Notes: generated by a model from the letters alone, not told the origin. Shown: positions 26,768 to 37,645, counted from the stretch's first letter. The stretch: 64,000 nt of DNA from an uncultured Candidatus Marinamargulisbacteria bacterium (GCA_964429235.1 CAYSAQ010000001.1:266045-330044), one strand, 5' to 3'. Made by a program: numbers and translations.

Positions 26768-27913
26768 TTAAAGACTGTCTATAAACTTCTTGATTCTAGC
26801 AAGAGCTTCTTTTAGCTCATCCATGCTACAGGCATAGCAACAACGAACATGATCATCGATCATTTCACCAAATGCATTACCAGGCACAACAGCTACTCTG
26901 CCTTCTTTTAAAAGCCTCATTGCGAAGTCTTCAGCACTCATGCCAAACTTCTTAATACTTGGGAACATATAGAAAGCACCTTCTGGCTTTTCTACATCAA
27001 ACCCTATCTCTTTTAAGCCTTCATAAAAAAAGTTCCTTCTTAGCTCGTAAGAGTCCCTCATCCTCTCAAGTTCTGACCGTCCATTACGCAATGCTTCAAT
27101 TGCCGCATACTGAGACATGATAGGAGCACAAAGAACGTTATACTGTTGAATCTTAACCATCTCATCTAATACTTCTTTTGGACAAGCAACATAGCCTATT
27201 CTCCAACCAGTCATTGCATAGTTCTTAGAGAATCCATTTAACAAAATTAGTCTATCTTTAACATATGTTGATGCAGAAATTGGTTCTATATCATAAACCA
27301 TATCACCGTATACCTCATCAGAAATAAGCCAAAGATCGTGCTTCTTACAGGTTTCTATAATATCTACTAATTGTTCCTTTGAGATCATCTTCCCAGAAGG
27401 ATTACTTGGATAAGAGATAAGAACTGCTTTTGTCTTAGAAGTTACATGTTTTTCTAATGTATCACTAGTAAGAAACATTCCATCTTCTCTAGTATCAACC
27501 ATTACAGGATTTGCTCCAGTCAAAAATGCTAAAGGCTCGTAACAAACGTATCCAGGTGCAGGAATAATAATCTCATCTCCTGGATCTAACAGTGTTCTAA
27601 AAGCCATATCTAACCCTGCCGATACACCAACGGTTATCATTACTTCATCTTGAGGATTATAATCTGCATTAAAAAACTTCTTTAGATATTTACTTATTTC
27701 TTTTCTAAGATCAAGCAAACCCATATTTGAAGTATAAGAAGTATGCCCTTTCTCTAAATGAAAGATACCTTGTTCGGTAATCTGCCATGGTGTTGGAAAG
27801 TCTGGCTCCCCTACTCCTAAAGAAATAACATCCTTACTGTTAAGGACTAAGTCAAAAAACTTTCTTATACCTGACGGCTTTACTTGTTTTAATTTTGAAG
27901 ATAATTCTTTCAT
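26768..27913 (-). CDS. pyridoxal phosphate-dependent aminotransferase (class I, aspartate aminotransferase-like)
   Basis: 381 aa with the PLP-lysine region NGFSKNYAMTGWRIGY and GEPDFPTP near the N-terminus. Confidence 0.88.
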   Translation of the reverse strand: MKELSSKLKQVKPSGIRKFFDLVLNSKDVISLGVGEPDFPTPWQITEQGIFHLEKGHTSYTSNMGLLDLRKEISKYLKKFFNADYNPQDEVMITVGVSAGLDMAFRTLLDPGDEIIIPAPGYVCYEPLAFLTGANPVMVDTREDGMFLTSDTLEKHVTSKTKAVLISYPSNPSGKMISKEQLVDIIETCKKHDLWLISDEVYGDMVYDIEPISASTYVKDRLILLNGFSKNYAMTGWRIGYVACPKEVLDEMVKIQQYNVLCAPIMSQYAAIEALRNGRSELERMRDSYELRRNFFYEGLKEIGFDVEKPEGAFYMFPSIKKFGMSAEDFAMRLLKEGRVAVVPGNAFGEMIDDHVRCCYACSMDELKEALARIKKFIDSL

Positions 27914-27921
27914 CGTTTTCC

Positions 27922-28416
27922 CTAGTAAGACAAATTCAAGCGCTGAGAACCTTCTTGAGCCATTGCCCCCATTACTACACCATTTTCTTTATATTTCTTT
28001 AACTGAAAATGCGTTGCAGTAGATATTATTCTATCGATTGTAGACAGCTTGCTAGAAACAAAAGCTGCAATATTCTTTAATGAAGACCCTTCAATAACTA
28101 CTAATAAATCATATCCACCACTCATTAAGTATACGGACTTAACTTCTGGAAACTTCTGCAATCTTTCACCAAGGCTATCAAACCCTTTGTCTCTTTCGGG
28201 CGTAACTTTTAATTCTATAAAAGCTGTAACAGTATCGTCTTCTAGTAATTCTTCATTAACTACTGCTGAATACTTAAGTATTATTTTCCCATCTTCTAAT
28301 TCCTTAATCATGTCTTTAACTTCTTGCTCAGACACTCCTAGCATCTTAGAAATATCTTCGTTTGATAATCTAGAATTCTCTTTTAAAATCTCAGTTAGCT
28401 TTTCTTTCATACTCAT
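27922..28416 (-). CDS. Lrp/AsnC family transcriptional regulator
   Basis: 164 aa with an N-terminal HTH (LSNEDISKMLGVSEQEVKDMIKELE) and a C-terminal RAM-like domain. It lies upstream of the aminotransferase. Confidence 0.8.
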   Translation of the reverse strand: MSMKEKLTEILKENSRLSNEDISKMLGVSEQEVKDMIKELEDGKIILKYSAVVNEELLEDDTVTAFIELKVTPERDKGFDSLGERLQKFPEVKSVYLMSGGYDLLVVIEGSSLKNIAAFVSSKLSTIDRIISTATHFQLKKYKENGVVMGAMAQEGSQRLNLSY

Positions 28417-28418
28417 AA

Positions 28419-29465
28419 TTACACCCCTATTATATCTACTATCTCTTGGACAGAGTTACCTGCCTTATAAGTTTGAGTAGACATCTTTATTGCATTATCT
28501 GGATCTTTCAATCCATGCCCTGTCAAAGTACAAACAATAATATCACCATCTTTAAACATATCCTTCTTCTTAAGAATACCTGCAACAGATGCTGCAGAAG
28601 CTGGCTCACAAAAAACACCCTCTTTAGAAGCTAATATCTTAAACGCTGCCAATATCTCATCATCAGTAACAGCATCTATCAAACCACCAGATTCATCTCT
28701 AGCAGCTTCAGCTTGTTTCCAACTTGCAGGGTTCCCAATTCTAATTGCAGTTGCAACAGTCTCTGGATGTTCAAACCGTCTACCCTGTACTATTGGGCTT
28801 GAACCCTCTGCTTGAAACCCAATCATTTTTGGCAAAGATGATTTTCCTAATTTATTATATTCAGTATAGCCTTTCCAATAGGCAGTAATGTTTCCAGCAT
28901 TACCTACTGGTAAAGAATGATAAGTCGGAGCATCGCCTAAAGCATCAACAATCTCAAATGCTGCTGACTTTTGACCCTCTATTCGATAAGGATTGATAGA
29001 ATTAACCAATTCTATCGGATACTTTTCAGTAACCTCTTTAACTATCTCTAAAGCTTTATCAAAATTACCTGTGATTTCAATCACTAATGCATCATGCATC
29101 ATAGCTTGAGCTAATTTGCCTAAGGCAATCTTTCCTTCTGGAATAATAACAACAGACTTAATGCCTGCTCTCGCTGCATATGCAGAAGCTGATGCTGAGG
29201 TGTTACCTGTTGAAGCACACATAACAGCTTTCATCCCTTTTTCTACAGCTTTAGTAACAGCCATAGTCATTCCTCTATCTTTAAATGATCCTGTTGGGTT
29301 TAACCCCTCGTACTTAAAATATATTTTCACATCTTTTCCTATCAAAGATGGAATGTGTACTGCAGGAATCAAAGGGGTGTTCCCTTCATTCAAAGTGATG
29401 ATCTTTGTTGTATCTGAAACAGGCAGATACGCCCTATATCTATTAATCAATCCCATATAATGCAT
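28419..29465 (-). CDS. thrC: threonine synthase
   Basis: 348 aa with the PLP motif GSFKDRGMT and the glycine-rich GNAGN loop. Confidence 0.9.
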   Translation of the reverse strand: MHYMGLINRYRAYLPVSDTTKIITLNEGNTPLIPAVHIPSLIGKDVKIYFKYEGLNPTGSFKDRGMTMAVTKAVEKGMKAVMCASTGNTSASASAYAARAGIKSVVIIPEGKIALGKLAQAMMHDALVIEITGNFDKALEIVKEVTEKYPIELVNSINPYRIEGQKSAAFEIVDALGDAPTYHSLPVGNAGNITAYWKGYTEYNKLGKSSLPKMIGFQAEGSSPIVQGRRFEHPETVATAIRIGNPASWKQAEAARDESGGLIDAVTDDEILAAFKILASKEGVFCEPASAASVAGILKKKDMFKDGDIIVCTLTGHGLKDPDNAIKMSTQTYKAGNSVQEIVDIIGV

Positions 29466-29516
29466 GAACCTATTATAAAGGGAAAAGATAAAAGGGAAAA
29501 GGTAAAAGTATTAGGA

Positions 29517-29550
29517 ATAATAAAAATCCCCGCACCAACGGTACAGGGAT
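29517..29550 (-). terminator. Rho-independent terminator after pgi copy 1
   Basis: Minus-strand RNA forms an 11-bp stem with two G-U pairs: AUCCCUGUACC-GUU-GGUGCGGGGAU. UUUUUAUUAUU follows. Confidence 0.75.
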
Positions 29551-29559
29551 TGAAAATCT

Positions 29560-31251
29560 CTATTTTCCTTGTGCTTCACGAACCTTGTTAATCAACGCTA
29601 ATGTAGAAGGATCATGATCAGGACTAGGCTCATCAGCTTCAAAATCAGCAGCAACTGCTTTAGCCAATATCTTACCAAGCTCTACTCCCCATTGATCGAA
29701 ACTATAAACATCCCAAATAATGCCTTGAGTAAATATTTTATGCTCATACATTGCTAAAAGCATACCGAGTGTTTCCGGTGACAACTCCTCGGCCATCAAC
29801 ATATTACTTGGTTTATTTCCGTCAAAAGTTTTATGAGGGATTAGCTCTTCAGCACAACCTTCTGCTCTTAAAGCAGAAGCACTCTTACCAACCATCAGTG
29901 CTTCTGCCTGTGCAATTACATTAGCAAGCAAAATAGCTTGATGTCCGGTTAACCCATGTTTTTCTTTAAGAGTCGCTATGAAATCTACAGGAATTAATTT
30001 TGTTCCTTGATGAATTAACTGATAAAAAGCATGTTGACCATTTGCTCCTGGTTCTCCCCAAACAATAGGACCTGTCTCCCATTCAACTTGCTCTCCTTGT
30101 TTATTTTTACCTTTACCATTACTTTCCATATCTCCCTGCTGAAAATATGCTGCAAATCTACTTAACAACTGATTATACGGTAATATTGCGGTAGTCTGTG
30201 CACCACGAAAATTGTTATACCAAACACCTAATAAGGCCATAACCACAGGTATGTTTTTTTCTATTGGAGTATTCAGGAAATGCTTATCCATTTTCTGATA
30301 TCCAGAGAGTAGCTCAGCAAAGTTCTCTTTTCCTACTGAAATCATTACAGGTAAACCAATAGCCGAAGGAGTAGAATATCTGCCACCAACCCAAGACCAA
30401 AAAGGAAACATGTTTTCTTTATCTATGCCAAAAGCTGTAACCTTATCCGCTGATGTAGATGCAGCTACAAAATGCTTAGCGACATCTGTTTCAGTTCTTC
30501 CACTCTTTAAAAACCATGTTTTTGCAGAATTAGCATTAGTCATTGTTTCCTGCGTAGTGAAAGTTTTAGAAGCAATAACAAACATTGTAGTCTGTGGATC
30601 ACATTTTTCTAATACTGCCGCAAGATCAGCACCATCGACATTGGACACATAATGATTAGTTATTCCCTCTTGAGAATAAGGAGATAATGCTTCATTAACC
30701 ATCTTAGGCCCAAGGTCAGAACCACCAATGCCAATATTCACTATTGTCGTAATCTTTTTGCCAGTAGCACCTCTCCATTCACCACTTCTCACTTTGTCAG
30801 TAAAAACTCCCATTCTGTTCAGCACATCACAAACTTCAGGCATTACATCTTCTTCTATTCCATCTATATTTTTAGTAAATATTTGCGACAAAGGAACAAA
30901 TAAGCCATCTTTCATCTCAACATTTCTTAAAGCGATATGAAGAACTGCTCTTCCCTCAGTTTTATTAATTTGTTCACCAACAAACATTTTATTAGCCCAA
31001 CCTTTGACATCTACTTTCTCTGCTAAAGCAAATAATGCTTCCATTATTTCATCATTAACCTGATTCTTAGAAACATCTACAAATAACTGTCCCAGTTCAA
31101 AAGTTAACTTTTCTAATCTATTAGGATCGGCATCGAACTGCGCCTTAATATCCAGACCTTCAAATTTAGCTGAGAGCTCTTCAAGAGCTTTCCATTCAGG
31201 CAATTCATTTCTGTTTATAGTCTTCCCTACACTTACTACTTTATTCAACAT
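29560..31251 (-). CDS. pgi: glucose-6-phosphate isomerase (copy 1)
   Basis: 563 aa with [20 protein letters not shown] and [17 protein letters not shown]. Confidence 0.92.
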   Translation of the reverse strand: MLNKVVSVGKTINRNELPEWKALEELSAKFEGLDIKAQFDADPNRLEKLTFELGQLFVDVSKNQVNDEIMEALFALAEKVDVKGWANKMFVGEQINKTEGRAVLHIALRNVEMKDGLFVPLSQIFTKNIDGIEEDVMPEVCDVLNRMGVFTDKVRSGEWRGATGKKITTIVNIGIGGSDLGPKMVNEALSPYSQEGITNHYVSNVDGADLAAVLEKCDPQTTMFVIASKTFTTQETMTNANSAKTWFLKSGRTETDVAKHFVAASTSADKVTAFGIDKENMFPFWSWVGGRYSTPSAIGLPVMISVGKENFAELLSGYQKMDKHFLNTPIEKNIPVVMALLGVWYNNFRGAQTTAILPYNQLLSRFAAYFQQGDMESNGKGKNKQGEQVEWETGPIVWGEPGANGQHAFYQLIHQGTKLIPVDFIATLKEKHGLTGHQAILLANVIAQAEALMVGKSASALRAEGCAEELIPHKTFDGNKPSNMLMAEELSPETLGMLLAMYEHKIFTQGIIWDVYSFDQWGVELGKILAKAVAADFEADEPSPDHDPSTLALINKVREAQGK

Positions 31252-31353
31252 AAATACTCTCCTAATGATTTAATTAATTAATCAGTTAATTATCGGAAGT
31301 CATACAGAAAGATACATAGAAATTTTGTGTTATACGGAAGTTATTAGTAAACA

Positions 31354-31376
31354 GCCCCAACCATATAGGTCGGGGC
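31354..31376. other. GC-rich hairpin between the tandem pgi genes (at best a weak terminator)
   Basis: gccccaacc-atata-ggtcggggc has one mismatch. On the minus-strand RNA the U-run precedes the stem rather than following it. Confidence 0.4.
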
Positions 31377-31383
31377 AAAAAAA

Positions 31384-33009
31384 TTATTCACCTAAATACA
31401 TGTTAATAAGTGCTGTTGTAGATGGATCGTGATCCTCTGACTTACCATTATCGATATCTTCAAGAATATTTCCAGCCAACACTTTACCTAGCTGCACACC
31501 CCATTGATCAAAGCTGAGAACTTGCCAAACAATACCTTGTACGAAAACCTTATGCTCATACATAGAAATTAGCATTCCTAAATTTTTAGGAGATAATTCC
31601 TTGATAACAATAGCGGTACTTGGTCTATTACCATGAAAGGTTTTGTGATTAAGCAAATCATCAGGACAACCCTCTGCGATTAAGTCCTCAACTGACTTAC
31701 CATTCATAAGCGCCTCTTGTTGTGCAATAAAATTAGCAATTAATTTATCATGATGTTGAGTCTTATAAGGATGGGAAGGATTTATACATGCGATAAAGTC
31801 ACAAGGCACCAACTTAGTTCCTTGATGAATTAACTGATAAAAAGCATGCTGACCATTTGTTCCTGGTTCTCCCCATATAAGTGGACCAGTCTGATAATCA
31901 ACCCATTCTCCATCTCTAGTTGTAAACTTACCATTACTCTCCATATCTCCCTGTTGAAAATATGCAGGGAATCTTTCTAACCGCTGATCATAAGGAAGTA
32001 TTGCCATAGATTCAGTGTTTAAAAAATTGTTATACCAAATCCCTAATAGTGCTAAATTCATTGGAATATTTTTCTCAGCAGGAGTATTCAAAAAATGTTG
32101 ATCCATCACATTATACCCGCTTAATAATTCTGCATATGATTCAACTCCAATAGAAAGCATTATTGCTAACCCAATTGCTGATGTAGAAGAATACCTTCCT
32201 CCTACCCAATCCCAGAAAGGAAACATATTATCGGTATCTATCCCAAAAGCTGCAACTTCCTTTGAAGCTGTAGAAGCAGCCACGAAATGTTTAGCAACAT
32301 CATCACTCTTCATAGTCTTTAAAAACCATTCTTTAGCTGTATTTGCGTTCTGCATTGTTTCTTGAGTAGTAAATGTCTTTGAAGCAATAATAAAAAGAGT
32401 CTCTTCAGGATTACATTTATTAAGGGCTTCATAAATATCTTGGCCATCCACATTAGAAACAAATAAAAAGTTAATATCTTTTATTCTATTCTCTTCAAGA
32501 GAACGAACTATCATCTTAGGCCCTAAATCAGATCCACCGATACCGATATTTAATACTGTTGTAATCTTTTTGCCAGTAGCACCCTTCCATTCACCACATC
32601 TAACTTTATCAGTGAACACTCCCATTCTATCTAACACATCACAAACCTCAGGCATTACATCTTTACCATCAACTTTAATAACAGATAGAGGCTGAAACTT
32701 TCCATCTACGTATTTAACATTTCTCAACGCAATATGTAAAACCGCTCGATCCTCAGTTGTATTTATCTTTTCACCAAAAAACATTTTATTTGCCCAAGTC
32801 TCAACATCTGATGCTTTAGCAAGATCGTATAAAGCACCCATCACTTCAGAATCAACTAAGTTCTTAGAATAATCTAAATACAACTCATCCAAACTTAAAC
32901 TCATATCCTTTAGACGATTCTTGTCATTTTTAAACTCTTCACTAACAACAATTTCTTTTACCGATAACTCTTCTAATTTTCCCCACTCATTTGTCTCTGA
33001 AACTAACAT
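31384..33009 (-). CDS. pgi: glucose-6-phosphate isomerase (copy 2)
   Basis: 541 aa with [20 protein letters not shown] and [17 protein letters not shown]. By eye it is roughly two-thirds identical to copy 1. Confidence 0.92.
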   Translation of the reverse strand: MLVSETNEWGKLEELSVKEIVVSEEFKNDKNRLKDMSLSLDELYLDYSKNLVDSEVMGALYDLAKASDVETWANKMFFGEKINTTEDRAVLHIALRNVKYVDGKFQPLSVIKVDGKDVMPEVCDVLDRMGVFTDKVRCGEWKGATGKKITTVLNIGIGGSDLGPKMIVRSLEENRIKDINFLFVSNVDGQDIYEALNKCNPEETLFIIASKTFTTQETMQNANTAKEWFLKTMKSDDVAKHFVAASTASKEVAAFGIDTDNMFPFWDWVGGRYSSTSAIGLAIMLSIGVESYAELLSGYNVMDQHFLNTPAEKNIPMNLALLGIWYNNFLNTESMAILPYDQRLERFPAYFQQGDMESNGKFTTRDGEWVDYQTGPLIWGEPGTNGQHAFYQLIHQGTKLVPCDFIACINPSHPYKTQHHDKLIANFIAQQEALMNGKSVEDLIAEGCPDDLLNHKTFHGNRPSTAIVIKELSPKNLGMLISMYEHKVFVQGIVWQVLSFDQWGVQLGKVLAGNILEDIDNGKSEDHDPSTTALINMYLGE

Positions 33010-33097
33010 ATTTCCTCCTTATTTATCTATATACACATTATTTATTTGATTCCTGTTATTTTACATCAATCTATTAAATTTGAATATTTGAGTATTT

Positions 33098-34135
33098 CTA
33101 AATTATCATCATTGCATCCCCAAAACTAAAAAAACGATACTCATTCTTCTTTGCTTCTTCATAGGCTGAAAAAACATTATCTCGTCCTACTAAGGCTGAA
33201 ATCATTAAAAGCAATGAAGACTTAGGCAAATGGAAGTTTGTAATAATTCCATCAATTACTTTAAAATCAAACCCTGGATATATAAACACATCAGTACTTC
33301 CTTGCCCGGCCACTAAAGACTGCTTCGCCGCATATACACCTTCCAGTACCCTCGTAGATGTAGTGCCAACAGCAATTACTCTTCCTTTATTACTTTTCAC
33401 TTCATTAATTTTATCAATTGTCTGCTGTGGTAATTCATAACGTTCACTATGCATCTTATGCTCAAGATAGTTATCACACTTAATTGGACGGAAAGTGCCT
33501 ATTCCAACATATAGCGTTAAAAACGCTATAGAAACTCCCTTTTTTTCTAATTTAACTAGTAGTTCATCACTAAAATGTAATCCCGCAGTAGGGGCTGCGA
33601 CAGCGCCTTGTTTCTTGGCGAAGACAGTTTGATACTTTTTCTTATAGAAATCTTCTTTTTGCTCATCGTACTCTATATAGGGAGGCAAAGGTATCTGACC
33701 ACAACTATCAATTGCTTCAGAAAAATCTCCTTCTAGATTAAAACGAACTAATCGTTTCCCTTCATCTAGAACATCAACAACTTCTGCAGAGAAGGTATCT
33801 GTAAAATTAACGATAGTTCCAATCTTTAACCCTGGCTTTACTAGGGCTTCCCAAAGCAACTCATCACCAACACTCTTTTCTTCTAATAAAAAAACTTCTG
33901 CTTTCCCACCTGTAGGCTTCTTCCCTAATAAACGTGCTGGTATTACTTTAGTGTCGTTAAATACTAATAAATCATCCGAAGTTAGCATATCTTCTAGCTC
34001 ATAAAAAGAGTGATGCGTTATGTCACTAGTGTTCTTATCAAGAACCAAGAGTTTGGAGTCATGTCTTTTATCTACAGGTAATTGCGCAATAAACTCCCTC
34101 GGAAGCTCAAAATCATAACTACTTATTGAATACAT
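33098..34135 (-). CDS. queA: tRNA preQ1(34) S-adenosylmethionine ribosyltransferase-isomerase
   Basis: 345 aa with YDFELPREFIAQ, AAPTAGLHF and VGTTSTRVLE. Confidence 0.9.
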   Translation of the reverse strand: MYSISSYDFELPREFIAQLPVDKRHDSKLLVLDKNTSDITHHSFYELEDMLTSDDLLVFNDTKVIPARLLGKKPTGGKAEVFLLEEKSVGDELLWEALVKPGLKIGTIVNFTDTFSAEVVDVLDEGKRLVRFNLEGDFSEAIDSCGQIPLPPYIEYDEQKEDFYKKKYQTVFAKKQGAVAAPTAGLHFSDELLVKLEKKGVSIAFLTLYVGIGTFRPIKCDNYLEHKMHSERYELPQQTIDKINEVKSNKGRVIAVGTTSTRVLEGVYAAKQSLVAGQGSTDVFIYPGFDFKVIDGIITNFHLPKSSLLLMISALVGRDNVFSAYEEAKKNEYRFFSFGDAMMII

Positions 34136-34136
34136 A

Positions 34137-35699
34137 CTATTTCTTTTTTTTAGGAATAATAACTGTGAAAACAGAACCTTGCTCAGGAAGGCTATTTACT
34201 GAAATCTCAGCGCCATGTAAATCTAGCACGTTCTTAACGATAGGAAGCCCTAGGCCAGTACCTTCATATAGCTTAGTAAGAGAATTATCAACTTGCCTAA
34301 ATTTATCAAAGATAATACTCTGCTCTTCTTCTGTCATACCAATACCAGTATCTTCTACTTCTATAACCATTTGCTCACTGTCAGCAGAAATTTCAATTGT
34401 TACTTGCCCATCTTTTGTAAACTTAATAGCATTTGATATTAAATTAGAAAAAACGCTTTCCATCTTATCTTCATCTACATCAATTAATAAATCCTTCTTA
34501 GTAGTACCTGCATCTACATTAATAGATATCCCAATATTCTTATTATCTGCTAATACTTTCATCTTTTTCACGGTATTCTTTATAATTTCTGCCAAATCAA
34601 CAGACTCAATCTGCAACATAGTATTTCCGGACTCTATTTCACTAAGCAATAATAACTTATTAATAATCTTTAATAATGAAAGACTGTTCTCGTGAGCAAT
34701 TTTAAGGAAGCTTGCCTGTGTCGGCGCGATATTGCCATAATTCAACACAATCTCTACATAACCAAGAATACTTGTTAATGGCGTTCTTAGTTCATGTGAT
34801 ATATTTTGAAGAAACTGATCCTTAAGCTCATCAAGAACCATAAGCTGAGTATTCTTATCCTCAAGCTCTCTGGTTTTCTCGTCTACTATTTTCTCAATAT
34901 TATCAATATGGTCCTTTAGCTGAATATCAATTTCCAACAATCTATCAATCATTCCATTAAAAGCTTCAGCTAAATGGCTAAACTCCTTATTACTTGTAAC
35001 ATGAACTCTTGTGTTAAAATCGCCTTCTTTAATACTCTCTATTGATCTTAAGAATTTTCTGTAAGGAGTATAAAAGTTTCTTATATAGAAATAAACCAAA
35101 GAACCAAATCCAAATAAAATAAAGAAACCAAGTGCTCCTAGATAAAAAACTAATAACTTCTCATAAGACAATGTTCTTTGTCTAAATACATAAGAAACAT
35201 CTGTATAATTTTCATTTGCTATTTTACTAAGCTCTGAAAGTATATTATCTTCTAATACTCTTAGCTTATTTAGCGCTATCGCTTTTTGATGAACTGGTAA
35301 CCTTTTTTCAAATAAAACTTGTATCAAGTCTCTTGCCTGTAAATATGCCTCATATTCTTTTTGCATATCTGATAGGCTAGTGCTTCCATATTTATTAGAG
35401 TTTCTTAGAAAAATATAAAATTGATAATCTAAACTATTAACTAAGTGAACAAACTCTGTCTTTGCTTGTAAAGAAGGAGTACTTGAATACTTATACGACA
35501 GATAAAACAGTCTAGATACTGATGAATATATATTTTGAATCGAATTAGTATTATAGGCATAAAAAGCTAACTTTTTATCCATGTTTCTATCATTTTGAAA
35601 ATTAGAAAATAGAGCAGCCGCTGATACCAAAAAAAACATAAAAAACAGCGATATTATAAAAAAGAACTTAAATCTAAAGGATATTATTTTTCTATTCAT
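34137..35699 (-). CDS. sensor histidine kinase (2 TM, HAMP, HisKA, HATPase_c)
   Basis: 520 aa with the H-box ISHELRTPLTSI, an N-box (NLISNAIKFT) and the G2 box GTGLGLPIV. No response regulator gene is adjacent. Confidence 0.88.
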   Translation of the reverse strand: MNRKIISFRFKFFFIISLFFMFFLVSAAALFSNFQNDRNMDKKLAFYAYNTNSIQNIYSSVSRLFYLSYKYSSTPSLQAKTEFVHLVNSLDYQFYIFLRNSNKYGSTSLSDMQKEYEAYLQARDLIQVLFEKRLPVHQKAIALNKLRVLEDNILSELSKIANENYTDVSYVFRQRTLSYEKLLVFYLGALGFFILFGFGSLVYFYIRNFYTPYRKFLRSIESIKEGDFNTRVHVTSNKEFSHLAEAFNGMIDRLLEIDIQLKDHIDNIEKIVDEKTRELEDKNTQLMVLDELKDQFLQNISHELRTPLTSILGYVEIVLNYGNIAPTQASFLKIAHENSLSLLKIINKLLLLSEIESGNTMLQIESVDLAEIIKNTVKKMKVLADNKNIGISINVDAGTTKKDLLIDVDEDKMESVFSNLISNAIKFTKDGQVTIEISADSEQMVIEVEDTGIGMTEEEQSIIFDKFRQVDNSLTKLYEGTGLGLPIVKNVLDLHGAEISVNSLPEQGSVFTVIIPKKKK

Positions 35700-35770
35700 A
35701 TTTAAATTATATTTACTTTACTGAAAAAGTAAACGTAAACCTCTTCCTACAGGCAAAAGCCCATGATTAT

Positions 35771-36721
35771 TTATATATTATTTACAATAGAACTAGCTTC
35801 TTTTCCTTCAAGTATCAATGATACTTGTGTGGCTACTTCAATTGAAACATTTATTTTAGCATCTTTTGTCGCTGCCCCTATATGTGGAGTAGTGATAATG
35901 TTCTTCACTCCAATCAAAGGGTTTGTGCCATTTACGGGTTCTTCTGAGTAAACATCAGTTGCCGCAATAGCAATCTTACCAGACTCTACAGCATGCTTCA
36001 AATCTTCTTCCTCAACTATTCCACCACGGGAACAATTTACTAAACATACGCCATCCTTCATCTTGGTAATATTCTCTGCATTAATAAGGCCTATTGTATC
36101 CTCTGTTTTAGGAACATGAATGGTTATAAAATCAGAATTGGAAAGAAGTTCATCTATTGTCTGGAAAGAGATAGACTCCTTTTGCATTTCTTCTTCACTT
36201 ATATATGGATCACAAGCTAATACCTTCATTCCAAGACAATTAGCATAACTAGCAACCCTTTTGCCAATCTTACCTAAACCAATAACGCCTAATGTCTTTC
36301 CATTAAGCTCGGTTCCTAAGAAAGCTGATCTATTCCATTCTCCACTTTGTAAACTAATATGAGATAGTGATACTTTTCTTGCAACATCAAGCAGCAACGC
36401 CAATGTTAATTCTGCAGTTGATGAAGTATTAGCATTGGGAGTATTTACTACTGATATGCCTTTACTAGTAGCAGCCTGCATATCTATATTATCAACACCA
36501 ACACCAGCTCTTCCAATAACTTTCAGATTATTTGCAGCTTTTATGACCTTTGCAGTAACTTGAGTCTCACTACGTACAATTAATGCATTGTATTTTGGAA
36601 TCGAAGAAACTAACTCTTCTTCAGATAAGCCAGTAATAATATCTACTGAAAATTTATCTTTGAGGATATCAATCCCTTGTACAGAAATCTTATCACTAAT
36701 TAATATTTTAATTTTATTCAT
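35771..36721 (-). CDS. serA: D-3-phosphoglycerate dehydrogenase-like 2-hydroxyacid dehydrogenase (short form, no ACT domain)
   Basis: 316 aa with the NAD fold GVIGLGKIGKRVA and the catalytic-region motifs RGGIVEE and TPHIGA. Confidence 0.8.
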   Translation of the reverse strand: MNKIKILISDKISVQGIDILKDKFSVDIITGLSEEELVSSIPKYNALIVRSETQVTAKVIKAANNLKVIGRAGVGVDNIDMQAATSKGISVVNTPNANTSSTAELTLALLLDVARKVSLSHISLQSGEWNRSAFLGTELNGKTLGVIGLGKIGKRVASYANCLGMKVLACDPYISEEEMQKESISFQTIDELLSNSDFITIHVPKTEDTIGLINAENITKMKDGVCLVNCSRGGIVEEEDLKHAVESGKIAIAATDVYSEEPVNGTNPLIGVKNIITTPHIGAATKDAKINVSIEVATQVSLILEGKEASSIVNNI

Positions 36722-36748
36722 CAGTTCTACTCTATATGTAATTTAGTG

Positions 36749-36777
36749 AAAAAAAAAGCACCCAATGGGTGCTTTTT
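36749..36777. terminator. Rho-independent terminator after rpsI (bidirectional form)
   Basis: aaaaaaaaa-GCACCC-aat-GGGTGC-ttttt, located 4 nt after the rpsI stop. Confidence 0.8.
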
Positions 36778-36780
36778 GAT

Positions 36781-37185
36781 TTATCTTTTTCGGTACTGAG
36801 TACCTTTTCTTGCTTTCTTCTTACCATATTTCTTTCTCTCAACGATTCTATCATCTCGAGTAAGTAATCCTTCTGTCTTTAACAAAGGTCTATATTCTTC
36901 AGAAATAATGTTTAATGCTTTAGCAATGCCATGCATTACGGCATCAACTTGACCACTAATGCCTCCACCAGAAACTGAAGATATAACATCATATCTATCA
37001 TTAGTCTTAGTAAGAAGTAATGGCTTTAATAATTTTGTTCTTTGAGTAATAGAAACATTCAAATCTTCCAAACTCTTCTTATTAATAACAATCTTCCCAG
37101 TTCCAGGAATTAACCATACCTTAGCAATGGCTTCTTTCCTTTTACCAGTAGCATAATATTTAACTTGTTTACTCTTATCTGCCAT
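36781..37185 (-). CDS. rpsI: 30S ribosomal protein S9
   Basis: 134 aa with YYATGKRKEAIA and a C-terminal GTQYRKR. Confidence 0.95.
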   Translation of the reverse strand: MADKSKQVKYYATGKRKEAIAKVWLIPGTGKIVINKKSLEDLNVSITQRTKLLKPLLLTKTNDRYDVISSVSGGGISGQVDAVMHGIAKALNIISEEYRPLLKTEGLLTRDDRIVERKKYGKKKARKGTQYRKR

Positions 37186-37204
37186 ATGATTCTCCTTCTA
37201 TATC

Positions 37205-37645
37205 CTATAAATCTAACTTAGTTGGTTTTTGTGCTTCATGCTCGTGCTGTTCTCCAGCATATACATGTAACTTTTTATACATTGCTCTACCAATACGACC
37301 TTTAGGCAACATCCTTCTAATCGCTTCTTCTAATACTCTTTCAGGTTTTTCAGTAATCATTTTAGCAAAATTAGTTGTAGTAATTCCACCTGGGTATCCT
37401 GAATACTTATGATATAACTTGTTCTCATATTTTCTTCCAGACACTTTCACTTTACTTGCATTTAGAACTATAACATTATCTCCATTATCCATTGTTGGCT
37501 GAAATGTTGCTTTGTGTTTACCTCTAAGAATTGATGCAATCTGTGACGATATTCTTCCTAATGCTTTTCCTTGTACATCAACTGTCACCCATTGTCTGTC
37601 TATCTTTTTGCTAGATAAATAATAAGTATCAAATTTATTTCTCAT
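37205..37645 (-). CDS. rplM: 50S ribosomal protein L13
   Basis: 146 aa with RQWVTVDVQGKALGRISSQIASILRGKHK. Confidence 0.95.
   Translation of the reverse strand: MRNKFDTYYLSSKKIDRQWVTVDVQGKALGRISSQIASILRGKHKATFQPTMDNGDNVIVLNASKVKVSGRKYENKLYHKYSGYPGGITTTNFAKMITEKPERVLEEAIRRMLPKGRIGRAMYKKLHVYAGEQHEHEAQKPTKLDL

Noticed and set aside
29477-29501. 11-nt direct repeat aaagggaaaag x2 (29477-29487 and 29491-29501), a CU-rich tract in the thrC 5' region.
   Set aside because: It is a short, low-complexity purine/pyrimidine tract between a terminator and the thrC start, and I can tie no function to it. It could be a chance repeat in AT-rich spacer DNA.
34126-34695. 189-aa plus-strand ORF antisense to the histidine kinase. 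Similar shadow ORFs occur at 28049..28480, 42201..42575, 46541..46918, 16835..17308, 40227..40586 and 29116..29460.
   Set aside because: Each lies fully inside and opposite a strongly supported conserved gene. The translations are low-complexity and Ser/Leu/Ile/Phe-rich, with no motifs. These are typical antisense open frames in AT-rich DNA.
35700-35770. Imperfect repeat tttactttac...gtaaacgtaaa between serA-like and the histidine kinase, considered as a possible terminator.
   Set aside because: The stem is AT-only and interrupted, with no clear U-tail. It cannot be distinguished from background in this composition.
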